Assembly: GCA_963843575.1 (NCBI GenBank)
Contig: CAWJKZ010000014.1
Span: forward strand, 512,001 to 576,000
Length of the DNA stretch: 64,000 nucleotides
Source: an uncultured Acidobacteriota bacterium
GTDB taxonomy: Bacteria > Acidobacteriota > UBA6911
Direction of reading: 5' to 3'
The notes below the pieces were generated by a model. It was not told the origin of the DNA. It saw only the letters and a list, made by a program, of their open reading frames with translations, and searched no databases. Below, one piece after another: positions 52,756 to 63,775 of this stretch. Within the stretch, counting starts at the first letter, position 1, and every line of letters begins with the position of its first letter. The position numbers and the translations under genes were made by a program.

Positions 52756-53547
52756 ATGGCCCCTGACAACCTGAGACGAGAGCTGTACGCCGAATTCCTG
52801 GGAACGATGGTGCTGATCCTGTTCGGGGCCGGCGTCGTCGCCCAGAACATACTCAGCGAGGGCAGGAACGGGAGTTACCTGGCGATCAACATCGCTTGGG
52901 GGTTGGGGGTCGCCATGGGAGTGTACATCGCCGGCGGCGTCTCCGGAGCGCACCTCAACCCCGCGGTCAGCCTGGCGCTCGCCTTCAGGAAGACCTTCCC
53001 GTGGCGCAAGGTTCTGCCATACTCGCTCGCCCAGACCGCGGGCGCCTTCGCAGCCTCGCTCGTGGTCTTTTCGGTGTACAACGACGCCTTCCGCGCCTTC
53101 GACGGTGGGGTGCGGGCCGTCGCCGGTGCCAAGGCCACGGCCGGGATATTCGCCACCTACCCCGCGCCGTTCCTGTCGACCTTCGGCGGGCTGGTCGACC
53201 AGATCGTCGGCACGGCGATTCTCATGCTGGTCATCTGCGCGCTGGGCGACGCGCGCAACATGGCGCCTTCCGCCAACGTCGGCCCGCTCCTGACAGGCCT
53301 CCTCGTCGTCGGCATCGGGATGTGTTTCGGTTTCAACTGCGGCTATGCCATCAACCCGGCCCGCGACCTCGGGCCCCGACTGTTCACCTCGCTGGCGGGC
53401 TGGGGTGTCGAGGTTTTCCGGGCCGGCCATTTCTGGTTCTGGGTTCCCATCGCCGGTCCACTGGCAGGCGGCATTGCCGGGACGTGGATTTACGACGCGC
53501 TGATCGGCAGACACTTTGTCAGACAAGACACGCAGGCGGCACGCTGA
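52756..53547 (+). CDS. glpF: MIP family aquaglyceroporin
   Basis: AEFLGT, SGAHLNPAV, AGIFATYP, GYAINPARDLGPR. Confidence 0.92.
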   Translation: MAPDNLRRELYAEFLGTMVLILFGAGVVAQNILSEGRNGSYLAINIAWGLGVAMGVYIAGGVSGAHLNPAVSLALAFRKTFPWRKVLPYSLAQTAGAFAASLVVFSVYNDAFRAFDGGVRAVAGAKATAGIFATYPAPFLSTFGGLVDQIVGTAILMLVICALGDARNMAPSANVGPLLTGLLVVGIGMCFGFNCGYAINPARDLGPRLFTSLAGWGVEVFRAGHFWFWVPIAGPLAGGIAGTWIYDALIGRHFVRQDTQAAR

Positions 53548-53760
53548 ACATTCAGCGCTGCCGCCCCCGACACTCCCGGATTCCCCGGGTGTGCAGACGT
53601 GTTTGTTGACCTCATGCGAAGCCTGAACCACTCGGCGGAACCTGTGAAGTCAAGCAGGGAATCGGTGCAGGCGGCGCTCGGCTCTCGTGATCGTCACACC
53701 GAAGACGGTCAACGACCTGACGCAGGTCCGGATAAAGAGCAATGTGCTGCCCGGGCAGGA

Positions 53761-56700
53761 TCACCCTTGCGGGAGGTTTGCCCGGCGCAAGACCGGCTCC
53801 GCGAGCGCTTCGTTATTGCCCGATTCCGCGCCCTCGCCGGCGCCTCCCCGGTGGTTCCGTCCGCGCCGCGAAGTGAGTCTGGCGGTCAGATCGTCGAGCA
53901 GCGAATACATCACCGGGACCGCGACGAGGGTGAGCAAGCGTCGAGGTGATGAGCCCGCCAATCACCGCCCGCGCCATCGGGGCCCGGATCTCCGATCCCG
54001 CACCGATCTCGAAGGCGAGCGGGAGCATCCCGAAAATCATCGCCAGCGTGGTCATGACGATCGGCCGGAAGCGGGTGCCGCCGGCCTTCACCAGCGCCGG
54101 ATCGCGGCTCGTGCCGTCCTTGCGCAGCTTGTTTGCGTAGTCGATCAGCAGGATGGCGTTTTTCGTGACCAGCCCCATCAGCAGGATGAGCCCGATCATC
54201 GACATGATGTTCAGCGTGTCGCCCACGGCCCAGAGCATAGCTACGACACCGATCAGCGACAGGGGGAGCGACAGCATGATGGAAAACGGGTGGACGAAGC
54301 TGCCGAACTGCGAGGCCAGGATCAGGTAGATGAAGACGACCGCCAGGATGAGCGCATCGTAGATGTACCCGAAGCTCTCGCTCATGTCCTCGCTCTGGCC
54401 CGTGTAGGAGATCTCAAATCCCGGGGGTAGGTTCAACCCTGCCGCCGGCCTGCTTGATGTCCTCGATCACGTTTCCGAGCGGTCGGCCCGCCGTGTTGGC
54501 CGAGACGCGGACCTCCCGGATCATGTCCATGTGCCGGATCTGCGAGGAACTGGTGCCCCGTTGGAAATGCGTCACCTGGTCGACGGGGATCAGCAGGTCG
54601 TGCCCGGCCGCGTCTTTCTTTGTGCTGAGTATCTCGACGTCGGCTGAGCGCCTCGAGCGAGCTCCTGTCCCGCGTGCCAGCCGGACGCGCACGTCGTAGG
54701 CGTCGCCGTCGGCATCTTCGTACTGGGTCGCGACCTCTCCGTTCAGCAGCGCGCGCAGGGTGACGGCGAGCGCATCGAGCCGGATACCGAGGTCAGAGGC
54801 GATCTTCCGGTCGATCCGGACCTTGACCTCGGGTTTGTCGCGGTCAAGGCTGCGGTCGACGTCCGCCGCCCCGGGAACCGAGCGGGCGAGCGTCGCCATC
54901 CGGGCGGACAGGCGGTCCAGCTCGGCCAGGTCCGGCCCGCGCACGCTGATCTGGATCGGCTTGGCATCCCCCATCTCTTCGACGTCCTCGACGCTGGTGA
55001 TCGCGCGCCCGTAGGAGGCCAACGCGCGGCGCAGGGTTGTGCGGAATTCCTGGAACCCGACCTGGCGCTCTTCCTTGGGCTTCAGTTTGACATAGACGAG
55101 CCCTTCGTTGAGTGCACCCGAGGCGTTGGCCCCGATGGTGGCGAAGGTGTAGCCGACCCCGGGCTGTTGCCGGATGCTCCGTACGAGGTCGCGGGCCACG
55201 TCCTCGGTCTGCTCCAGGCTGCTGCCCGGCGCAGTCTTGAACGACACCTGCAGCTCGCCGCGGTCATACTCCGGGAAGAACGACGTCCCGAGATGCGGGA
55301 ACACGGCGAGGCTCGCGAGGAAAAGCAGCAGAGCCGTGGACATGACCAGCCAGCGATGCCGGAGCGCGAACCCGATGGAGCGCTCGTACCGGAAGTGCAG
55401 GTTTTCGAACCACCGGTCGAACACGGCCAGCAGCCGCGCCAGCCCGCGCCTCCGGATCCCCTCTTCGATGGCAGGATCGTACCAGCGCGACGAAAGCATG
55501 GGGTCCATCGTGAACGAAACGAACAGGGAGACGAGCACGGCGAACGCGATCGTGATCCCGAACTCGTAGAAGAACCTGCCGACGATGCCACCCATGAAGG
55601 CCACCGGGACGAACACGGCTATGATGGAGAAGGTCGTCGCCATCACGGCCACGCCGATTTCCGAGGTCCCGATCCGGGCCGCATCGAAGTGGCTGCGCCC
55701 GTGCTGCATGTGCCGGACGATATTCTCGCGCACGACGATGGCGTCGTCGATGAGCAGCCCGACCGCGAGCGAAAGCCCCATGAGGGTCAGCATGTTCAGG
55801 GTGAACCCGAGGGCCCGCATCACGAGAAACGCCGCGATGATGGACACCGGCAAGCGTCAGGCCCGTGATGACGGTGCTGCGCCAGCTGTTGAGGAACAGG
55901 AAAACGACCAGGACCGTGAACACACCGCCGAGGAGCAGCGTGGTCTGCACGTCTTCGACCGCGTCGCGGATAAACAACGACATGTCCTTGACGACCTGGA
56001 TCGTCGTCTGGCCGGGCAGTTCCCGGTTCAGCCTGGGCAGCTCGGCCTTGACGGCCTCGGCGACGTCGACGGTGTTGCCGCCGGACTGCTTCCGGATTTC
56101 GAGCGCCAGGGCGCGCCGGCCGTCGATCAAGGCCAGCGTGCGCTGTTCCTCGTAGCCGTCGGCAATCGAGGCCACCTCCCGCAGGTACACCGGCACGCCG
56201 CGGATGGTCTTGACGATCAGGTCCTGGAAGGCCTCCGGCTGGACGAACTTCCCTTCCACCCTCACCAGCTCCTCGATCGGCCCCTGCGTGATTTTGCCCG
56301 CCGGCACCTCCAGGTTTTCGCCCCGCACCGCGGAGACGACCTCCGGAACTGTGAGGCTGTAGGTCTTGAGACGGTCGGGATCGAGCAGAATCTGGATCTC
56401 GCGGCGTTGGCCCCCTACAATAGTCGAGCGAACCCACGCCTTCGACGTTTTCCAGCCGCTTCTTGATGATTTTCTCCGCCAGGCTGGTGAGCTGCTTGGT
56501 CGTGTATTGCGAGGAGGTCACCGACAGCGAAAGAATCGGCAGGTCCGCCGGGATCCAGTCGCTGGATTACGGGCTCCTCCACCCCGGTCGGAAACTGATT
56601 GCGCAGCGCGCTCACTTTGCTCCGGACGTCCTGCGCCGCCGTGTGGATGTTGGTCCCCAGCTTGAATTCGGCGACGATCGACGAATACCCTTCGGTGCTG

Positions 56701-56949
56701 ATGGACGTGATGTGGCGCAACCCCTCGACGGAGTTGATCGACTTCCTCGATGCGCTTGGTGACCTCGGTTTCGACGGTCTCCGGGGCGACCCCCGGGTAG
56801 ACCGTCCCGACGCTCACGACCGGGAGGTCGATGTTGGGGAACAGGTCGGTCGACAGCTCCTTGTACGAAAAGAGCCCGAGCACCACGAGGGCGGCCATCA
56901 TCATGGTCGCAAAGACCGGCTGCTTGATCGACAGGTCGGAAAGAAACAT
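53761..56949 (-). CDS. RND efflux permease, at least six frameshifts (about 56740, 56550, 56425, 55855, 54445, 53940)
   Basis: MFLSDLSIKQPVFATM, GLLIDDAIVVRENI, GLVTKNAILLID, RFRPIVMTT spread across successive frames. Confidence 0.85.
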
Positions 56950-56954
56950 GGCAG

Positions 56955-58118
56955 TCACTGCCCCGCGTCGGATGAATTCTTGAGCACCTTCACCGGGGAA
57001 CCGTCTTTGAGTGCGGGCCCGATTTCGACGACGACCAACTCGCCCCGTGCGAGCCCCTCGGATATCCAGATGAGGTCGTCCCGGACACCCCCGATCTTCA
57101 CGGCGCGCGCGCGCACCACGTCGTCCTTCACCGTGTAGACGGAGCCGGAGGAGGAGTTGTCCTGTTCGCCCACCAGGGCGGAGCGGGGCACGACGAGCGC
57201 GCCGGGTTCCCGGCGCACCTCGACGAAGCCGCGCGCGAACATGCCGGCGCGTAACTCGCCGCCCGCGTTTTCGATGCGCAGCGCCACCTTGACGGACCGG
57301 CTGTCGGACTCGACCATCGGGTTGATCGCCGATACGACCCCCTGGAATTCGCGCGTCCCGAAGGTCGGGGTGGTGAAGCGGGACCGCAGCCCGGGCCGGA
57401 TTTCCGCAAGGCGGTAAGACGGGATCAGGCAGTCCAGCTCCAGACGGCTGTTGTCGACGATGGTGTAGATGGACTGGGCGGGCCCGATCAGAGTCCCACG
57501 GTCGACGAACTTCCTCTGCACGCGGCCGCTGGCGGGAGCCACGATCCGGCAATCCCTGATCGCCTTTTCGGCGATCGCGAGCGTGGTCTTGACCTGTTCG
57601 CGCTGGGCTTCGGCTAACTGGAGCTGGGCTTCGGCCTCCCTCACGCCGGTTGTTGCCGCCTGGTGGTCTTTCTCGGTGATCCCGCCGGTGCGCAGCAGGT
57701 TGTCGGCCCGTTCCTTCTCACGCCGGGCGTGGTCGAGAGCGACCGTGGCCCTTGCGACGCCGGCCTCGGCCACCCCCAGGGACGCCAGCGCCTGTTCGTG
57801 GGCGAGCCTGTAGTTGACGGGGTCGATCTCGGCGATCACCGCCCCCTCGCGCACGACGTCCCCCTCGAACAAATGGGCGTCGGTCAGGCGTCCGGCGACT
57901 TCGGACTTCACCTCGACGACCGACCGGGACCGCAGGCTGCCCGAAAACGGTACCGTGACCGCCCAGGCCTGGATCTCCACGGGCAGGGCCTTGACGACCA
58001 ACGGGGGCGGCTCCACCACCGCCGGAGCGGTTGCGGTCTCGGCCTTGCACCCGGACAGGACCACGCCCACGGTCGCGAGCAGCGTTGCCAGGTACAGCGA
58101 TGCCTTTGTGCGCATCAT
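56955..58118 (-). CDS. RND efflux periplasmic adaptor (lipoprotein)
   Basis: VLSGC lipobox, EGDVVREG, IVAPASG, LRAGMFA, EGLARGELVV. Confidence 0.9.
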   Translation of the reverse strand: MMRTKASLYLATLLATVGVVLSGCKAETATAPAVVEPPPLVVKALPVEIQAWAVTVPFSGSLRSRSVVEVKSEVAGRLTDAHLFEGDVVREGAVIAEIDPVNYRLAHEQALASLGVAEAGVARATVALDHARREKERADNLLRTGGITEKDHQAATTGVREAEAQLQLAEAQREQVKTTLAIAEKAIRDCRIVAPASGRVQRKFVDRGTLIGPAQSIYTIVDNSRLELDCLIPSYRLAEIRPGLRSRFTTPTFGTREFQGVVSAINPMVESDSRSVKVALRIENAGGELRAGMFARGFVEVRREPGALVVPRSALVGEQDNSSSGSVYTVKDDVVRARAVKIGGVRDDLIWISEGLARGELVVVEIGPALKDGSPVKVLKNSSDAGQ

Positions 58119-59476
58119 CGTGTCTCCTCCGGGTCGAGAATCGGGGTGCCCTGCGCGAGGCGCAGACGGGCCTTGGCCATACCGTATTCGTAAGTGGCGT
58201 TGATCTCCGCATTGCGCGCCAGGGCGAGCGCGGTCTGCGAATCGACGACATCCAGGGTGGTCGCCGCCCCGTACTGGTAATTCGCCTGCATCATCGTGAG
58301 CACCTTCTCGGCCTGCGTCACACTCAGCCGCGCCGCCTCGATAGCCCGCGCCGACGATTCCAGTTCGTCGCACGCCGCCTTCACCTCCAACCGCACGTTG
58401 TTCTGCAGCTGGGCAAGATTGTGTTCGGCGGATTTCAGCCGCGACTGTGCCTGCATCAACTGCCCCGCCTTGCGCCCGCCGTCGTAAAACGGGAGCTTGA
58501 AGTTGAACGTGACGGTCCAACGGGAAAAATCGCTTTTGAGGAAATTGCGCGGCTCGCGCGCAGAGTGCCCCCAACGAGCATCCATGTCGATGCTGAGCCT
58601 GTTCTGCGCGTCGGCCAGCGCCACCAGGAGGCGGGATTCCTCGAGCAGGTGGCGCGCCACCTCGATGTCGGGACGAATTTCCAGGGCCCGCGCCTGCTCG
58701 CGGACGATCTCGGGAGGAGGCACAGGTTGGTATGCCAGCTTGCCCTCCACTTCGGTGGGGGCGTTGATGTCCACCATGATCAGGCTGTTGAGCGCCGAGC
58801 GCGCCATCCGAACCCTGTTTTCCGCCCGTATCAGCTCCGGTTCCATGTTCGCCACGTTCACCTGAGACCGCAGGACGTCGATCTCGGTGGCCACCCCCTG
58901 GTTGAAGCGGTTGCGCGCCTGCTCGAGGTGCTGCCCGCGCTGCCGGTGGGTCTCCCGGGTCACGTCCGCATTGGCCTGGGCCAGGAGCAGGTCGTGGAAG
59001 GCCTGGAACACTTTGAACGTCACCCGCTGCCGCGCCGCGTCCAGCCCGGCTTCCTTCTCCTGGCGACCTTGGTCCGCCAGCTTGATCGCGTTGCGCACCT
59101 TGCCGGCGGTGTAGATGGGCTGGCGCACGTTCAGGGCGACATCGAAAAGGTTGGCGGCCTGCGGGACCAGCGCGTCCCGGAATTCCTGAGGGACCCGATC
59201 GAAGCTGCCGCTGTTGAGGATGCTCGGGTCGCGCATCCGCAAACCGGCGCCCTCGGCCTGAATCTGCGGAAAGGCGTCGGCCTTGACCTCGGCGATCCTC
59301 CCCTTCACCTCAACGATCTGCTCCTCCGCCAGCAGCACCTCGGGGTTTCGCTTCAGCGCCAGATCGACCGCCTCGCGCAACGTCAGCGGGTGCGCCGGCG
59401 CCTGTGCCGCGAGGGGGGTCGCCGGCGGCACCCCGAGAATGACCAGAACGAGCGTGAGCCTGGAGACCAGAGTCAT
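58115..59476 (-). CDS. TolC family outer-membrane protein
   Basis: LTLREAVDLALKRNP, QPIYTAG, YQYGAATTLDV. Confidence 0.9.
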   Translation of the reverse strand: MTLVSRLTLVLVILGVPPATPLAAQAPAHPLTLREAVDLALKRNPEVLLAEEQIVEVKGRIAEVKADAFPQIQAEGAGLRMRDPSILNSGSFDRVPQEFRDALVPQAANLFDVALNVRQPIYTAGKVRNAIKLADQGRQEKEAGLDAARQRVTFKVFQAFHDLLLAQANADVTRETHRQRGQHLEQARNRFNQGVATEIDVLRSQVNVANMEPELIRAENRVRMARSALNSLIMVDINAPTEVEGKLAYQPVPPPEIVREQARALEIRPDIEVARHLLEESRLLVALADAQNRLSIDMDARWGHSAREPRNFLKSDFSRWTVTFNFKLPFYDGGRKAGQLMQAQSRLKSAEHNLAQLQNNVRLEVKAACDELESSARAIEAARLSVTQAEKVLTMMQANYQYGAATTLDVVDSQTALALARNAEINATYEYGMAKARLRLAQGTPILDPEETR

Positions 59477-59493
59477 ATCTGCACCAATCCCTA

Positions 59494-59505
59494 TACCGAT
59501 CGGTA
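59494..59505. promoter_or_regulatory. Putative TetR operator upstream of tolC
   Basis: Perfect palindrome TACCGATCGGTA. Confidence 0.7.
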
Positions 59506-59512
59506 AACCCCG

Positions 59513-60082
59513 CTACGCGTGCCGGCGCGGCAGGAGGATGTCGACGTGGCTCTCCGCCTTCTTGCGCGTCAGACCGGGTCTTCCGGTAAACATGTTTTCG
59601 AGGATGGCCATGAGATTCATCCCCATCAGGGCCGTCGCCAACTGGCGCGCCGCGCCGCGCGCGGTCCCCGGAGGGAGCCCTTCCTCCAGGACCCCGGCGA
59701 TCACCTGGCGCTGCTTCTCCATTTCCCGGACGATGTTGAACGGGGGCATCTGCTCTTCGGGAGCGAACGCCATGCGCAGCAGGAACCTCATCCGCGCGGG
59801 ATCGGCCCTTGCGGCATGCAGGTCGTTGTACGTCATGTGTACGAGCCTGCTCCTGAAATCGCCCCTGAGGTTGGACGCCCGCAGCAGGGCCTTGAGGTAG
59901 TAACCGAACGAATCGACCATCAGTTCCTGAAACAGGTGGCCCTTGTTCCGGAAATGGTAGTAGAGGACCGGCTTGGTGACTCCCGCAACGGCACAGATCT
60001 CGCGGATGGACGAGCCGGCATATCCCTTCCGGGAGATCACCTCTGTGGCGGCATTCAGAATCGCGTCGCGGGTTCCTCGCAT
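59513..60082 (-). CDS. TetR/AcrR family regulator
   Basis: TRDAILNAA..VI..KGY...SIREIC..AGVTKPVLYYHF.NK..L. Confidence 0.92.
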   Translation of the reverse strand: MRGTRDAILNAATEVISRKGYAGSSIREICAVAGVTKPVLYYHFRNKGHLFQELMVDSFGYYLKALLRASNLRGDFRSRLVHMTYNDLHAARADPARMRFLLRMAFAPEEQMPPFNIVREMEKQRQVIAGVLEEGLPPGTARGAARQLATALMGMNLMAILENMFTGRPGLTRKKAESHVDILLPRRHA

Positions 60083-60112
60083 GATCGCAGCTCCGACGGG
60101 CGTCTGAATTCT

Positions 60113-60124
60113 TACCGGTCGGTA
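60113..60124. promoter_or_regulatory. Putative TetR autoregulatory operator
   Basis: TACCGGTCGGTA; with its flanks it is an inverted near-copy (CTATACCGAyCGGTAA) of the site at 59491-59506. Confidence 0.7.
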
Positions 60125-60239
60125 TAGAAAATCAAGCGAATTCGGTCGCATTCCCGGGCAGGGTCCTGGCGGAGTCCGTCAACCTGTCGCATCTGGGGCA
60201 GATCGTGCTGCGCGGCCCGAAGTCTAAACCCTGGCGGGT

Positions 60240-61031
60240 TCAGGGCCTGTTCGAGGCCGGGGCCGGCGGCTGCTCGACCAGAATCTTCCCGGTCAGGATG
60301 AAATCCAGGGTCTGGCCGAGGTCGTTCTCGTTGGCGGCGGCCAGCACCAGGCCGCCGGCGTCTTTGACGGCGTCGAAGTATTTCGCGGCGGTGTCGAAGG
60401 CGACGAAGTAGATCGCCGCGCGACCCTCCGCAGGTTGCCTCGCGATGGCGTCCGCCACGTCTCCCGGCGAGTATCCATTATTGTTCTGGCCGTCGGTGAT
60501 GACCAGCATGTGGCGGCGAGCCAGGCCCGACGCGTCCAGTTCACGCTTGGCCACGATCATGGCGTTCCCGATCGGGGTGCCTCCGCTGGGAACCATGTTG
60601 CGGGCCGCCGCGGCGGCCGCGGCCGGGTCCGGTTCTCCCAGTCTCACGACCCGACGGGGCGAGGGTTCGCCGTCGCGCGCGCTGAACTCATAAATCCCGA
60701 CCACGAGCCTGCGATCCGGGTGCTGCTGAACGAAGCCGCTCATCTGTTGCACGAGGGTCGTCACACACCGCCGCGCGATCTCGATCTTGGGCTTGTCCTG
60801 GCCGTCGGCATCCTTCACCCCGTCGCGCATGCTGCCCGAGGTGTCGACCAAGACCAGGACGGCGATGCCATCCTGCCATGTGGCGGAGGCCGGCGGGCGA
60901 AGCATCGCCTCGAGCGGGTTGATCCCCAAGGCGGAGTCGCCGCCTGATCGGGAGCGCGGCATTTCTAAGCACCCCGCTCCCCCTAGGGCGAGCAGACAGA
61001 CGGCCGATACGACGCGAAGCGGCTGGCTCAT
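60240..61031 (-). CDS. VWA-domain lipoprotein
   Basis: GGAGC lipobox-like signal; MIDAS DTSGS, GGTPIG, ITDG. Confidence 0.82.
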   Translation of the reverse strand: MSQPLRVVSAVCLLALGGAGCLEMPRSRSGGDSALGINPLEAMLRPPASATWQDGIAVLVLVDTSGSMRDGVKDADGQDKPKIEIARRCVTTLVQQMSGFVQQHPDRRLVVGIYEFSARDGEPSPRRVVRLGEPDPAAAAAAARNMVPSGGTPIGNAMIVAKRELDASGLARRHMLVITDGQNNNGYSPGDVADAIARQPAEGRAAIYFVAFDTAAKYFDAVKDAGGLVLAAANENDLGQTLDFILTGKILVEQPPAPASNRP

Positions 61032-61081
61032 CTCTTCCTCCGGAGCGGGGGCGCGCGGCCGGAGCGCGCGCCCCCGGCCGC

Positions 61082-62794
61082 TCACTTCTGTTCCGGCGGG
61101 TAAACGCTGATTTCGACGCGCCGGTTCAGACGTTGATTGTCGGGATCGTTGGAATCGGCGGGCGAGTCCCAACCCTTCCCCTCGATGCTGAACTTGTTCG
61201 GGTCAAACTTGAACTTCTCGATCAGGGCGCGTTTGATCGCCTCGGCGCGGGCGAGGCTGAGGTCGCGCACAAACTGCACCGGCACCCCCTTCCCCTTCAT
61301 GCTCGAATCGGTGTGACCCTCGATGAGGATGACCGCCCTGGCAAACTGGCCCGAAAGGCGCGCGACCTGCTCGAGGGTGGCGTCGACGTTGGGATCGTAC
61401 AGCTTGCCCGGCACGACGTTGTTGTACTCGTCCCGCGCGGGCTCATAGGGATTGGCGGAGTTCGGGAAAAAGTTGATCCGGATGGTCTGGGTCAGGATGG
61501 GTGCTTCGGCGGGCACCTTGCGGAAGCTGGACGGTGTGAAGGTGGCGATGCTCTCGTCCTTCTGGTGGGCAAAGGTCCCCTTCTGCTGCAGCTTCTGCAG
61601 GAAGGAGAAGTCCATGACCTGATCGAACGGCACGGGGGCGTTGATGCGGCCCAGCTCACGGTAGACGTAGCTGGCGTTCTTCCAGGTGCGCTCGAGGTTG
61701 GTCGGGTTGGAGGAGTTCAGGAAGAACTGGACGTTTTCCGCGAAATTGGTCGCGTGGGCGTCGTTGCGCATGGACATGATCTCTTCCTGCTTCATGCCAA
61801 ACGCGTCCGCCATCCACTTGGCCGCCTGCTCGGGTTTGTCCTTGACGGCGTCCATCCCCTCGAATATGCCGGCGATGAGGCCGTCGACGATCTCCGGATG
61901 GTCCCGTGCGAAATCCGCGCGCAGGGCGTAGACATCAGCGATCAGCTTGTTCGCGTCGCTGGTGCTGGAGAGGATCCGGGTGCCGGCTACGCGCTCCGGG
62001 ATGTTGTAGATGTCCGGTGCCCACGAAACGCACCCGTCGATTTTCCTGTCGGCCACAAACGCGGCGGCCGCCTCAAAGGCAGTGGCGGTGTATTTGACGT
62101 TCACGTCGGCCGGGCGCAGCCCGGCCGACAGGAGCAGCGACGTGAGGTAGTACTCGCTCGGAGAGTTCTGTGCGAGCGTTATGGTCTTCTTGCGCAGATC
62201 GGCGACGGACTTGATGGAACTGCGCACCACGATCCCATCTCCCCCGCTCGACCAGTCGATCTGCTGTGCAATGCGCGGCGCGGTGCGCGAGTCGCGCATG
62301 AGTTCCGGGGCAAGCAGGACCATCATGTCGACCGTGCCCCAGAGCGTGTGCACCTCGCCGGCGGCGAAGGCGTCGCGCGCAGCCACGGGGTCATCCATGA
62401 GCACCATCTCGACGCGGAAACCGTACTTCTTGGCGAAGACGCTGTCCGGGTTCGGCTTGGTCCCGCGGTTGGCGGCGATCACGGGCAGCCACCCCGCCCA
62501 GACGTTGTAGCTGAAGCGCAGGATCTTTTCGTTGGCGTTCCACCTGTACTGGCTGGCGGCCTTGACCGCGGGGAGCTTGTCGGCGGGAATGTACTTGTAC
62601 TCCTTGACCGTCGTCACGCCCCCGGTGTCGGGCGCCTCGGCCTCCGGACCTTCGGCGACGCCGGACTGCTGTGAGGGTTTTGCGGACGGTCCCCGCTTCC
62701 AGACAAGGAATGCCCCGAGCCCGATCAGTCCCACGATGAGAAGCAATGAGATGGATTTGCCCAACGGTGTCAGTCGCGCACCATTGTCTGCCAT
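61082..62794 (-). CDS. Membrane-anchored type-II solute-binding (NMT1/TauA-like) domain fused to an OmpA/MotB-like peptidoglycan-binding domain
   Basis: N-terminal TM; WAGWLP, DWSSGGDGIVV, SVADL..K, W.P, IADV; C-terminal INF..NS, IEGHTDS, LS..RA, NRRVEI. Confidence 0.85.
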   Translation of the reverse strand: MADNGARLTPLGKSISLLLIVGLIGLGAFLVWKRGPSAKPSQQSGVAEGPEAEAPDTGGVTTVKEYKYIPADKLPAVKAASQYRWNANEKILRFSYNVWAGWLPVIAANRGTKPNPDSVFAKKYGFRVEMVLMDDPVAARDAFAAGEVHTLWGTVDMMVLLAPELMRDSRTAPRIAQQIDWSSGGDGIVVRSSIKSVADLRKKTITLAQNSPSEYYLTSLLLSAGLRPADVNVKYTATAFEAAAAFVADRKIDGCVSWAPDIYNIPERVAGTRILSSTSDANKLIADVYALRADFARDHPEIVDGLIAGIFEGMDAVKDKPEQAAKWMADAFGMKQEEIMSMRNDAHATNFAENVQFFLNSSNPTNLERTWKNASYVYRELGRINAPVPFDQVMDFSFLQKLQQKGTFAHQKDESIATFTPSSFRKVPAEAPILTQTIRINFFPNSANPYEPARDEYNNVVPGKLYDPNVDATLEQVARLSGQFARAVILIEGHTDSSMKGKGVPVQFVRDLSLARAEAIKRALIEKFKFDPNKFSIEGKGWDSPADSNDPDNQRLNRRVEISVYPPEQK

Positions 62795-62895
62795 GAGGAT
62801 TCCTCCTGTCATGAAGCCGGGGCCACGGCCCCCGGCACTATCTGCGAGCACGGATGATCAAACGCGCCCGGACCCCTCGCGGTCAGCCGCGAGGG

Positions 62896-63653
62896 TCAGC
62901 TGCCGGAGGACCCGCCGCCCGGCGTCGGGCCGATCTCCTTGGCCGAGGCCGGCTCTTCCGGCTGGGGGGCGGCCTGAATCCCCTGGCTCGCCAGGAACTC
63001 GGCCAGCGCCGTCTGTTCCAGGGCCTTGCGCTCGTTCTCCTTCTCCTCGACCTGCTCGATGTCGACCAGGTCGTGCGCCACGCGGGCCTTGCCGGCCGAT
63101 TCCTCGTAGCGCTTCGCCAGGATCTCCTCGACCGTCTTCATCGTGTCCCCGAGGTCCCCGACCTTGAAGGCGGCACTGCCCAGCGCGGCCGCGGCCTCGG
63201 CCTGCGCCTCCTTGATCTTGACCTGCGACAGTTGTTTCTCCAGCCGGTGTACCTTGTCCTCGAACTCTTTCTGCGCGACCTTCGCCTGACGTAGGTTGCC
63301 CTGGTAGGCCTCCTCGGTTTCGGCAAACTCCTGCGTGTCTGTGGTCAGTCCCCCTTCAGTTCCTGCAGCTCGCGGGCCAGGCTTCCGGCCAGTTCCATGT
63401 TGCCCGCCCTGTGGTTAGCCAGGATGCGGCGCTCCAGCTCCTGAGCCCTCGTCGTCTTCCCCTTGATCTGGGTCTTGAGGCGCTCGGCAACGCCGGCCAT
63501 CCGGGCCAGGGCCATGTTGTATTGCGCCATTTTGTCGCGGAATTCCTGGCGGGCGGCCTCCATCAGCGCCTCGGGATTTCTCTGCTCCAGACCGCTGACG
63601 AAGATACTGATGAACCCGCGGAAGAGTCTGCCGATCCGTGCAAAAACAGCCAT
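62896..63653 (-). CDS. PspA/IM30 (ESCRT-III-like) family protein, frameshift near 63350
   Basis: Amphipathic MAVFARIGRLFRGF, LEQRNPEALME, long coiled coil, G..ELA, distal ALAEF; the two ORF-track pieces join through one frameshift. Confidence 0.8.
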
Positions 63654-63775
63654 TGCGCCCCCCTTCGAGGTTGGGACATGTCTCCAGTACAATCGTTGTC
63701 AGGAATAATTCGCCCATTCTAGTCCACACCGGCGGCAAAGCGACAGAAGAACCCACGCGCGGCGCGGGGAGGATC

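Noticed and set aside
53590-53765. Possible gene remnant after glpF (ALVIVTPKTV, like a secretin C-terminus)
   Set aside because: Too short, with no start or supporting motifs.
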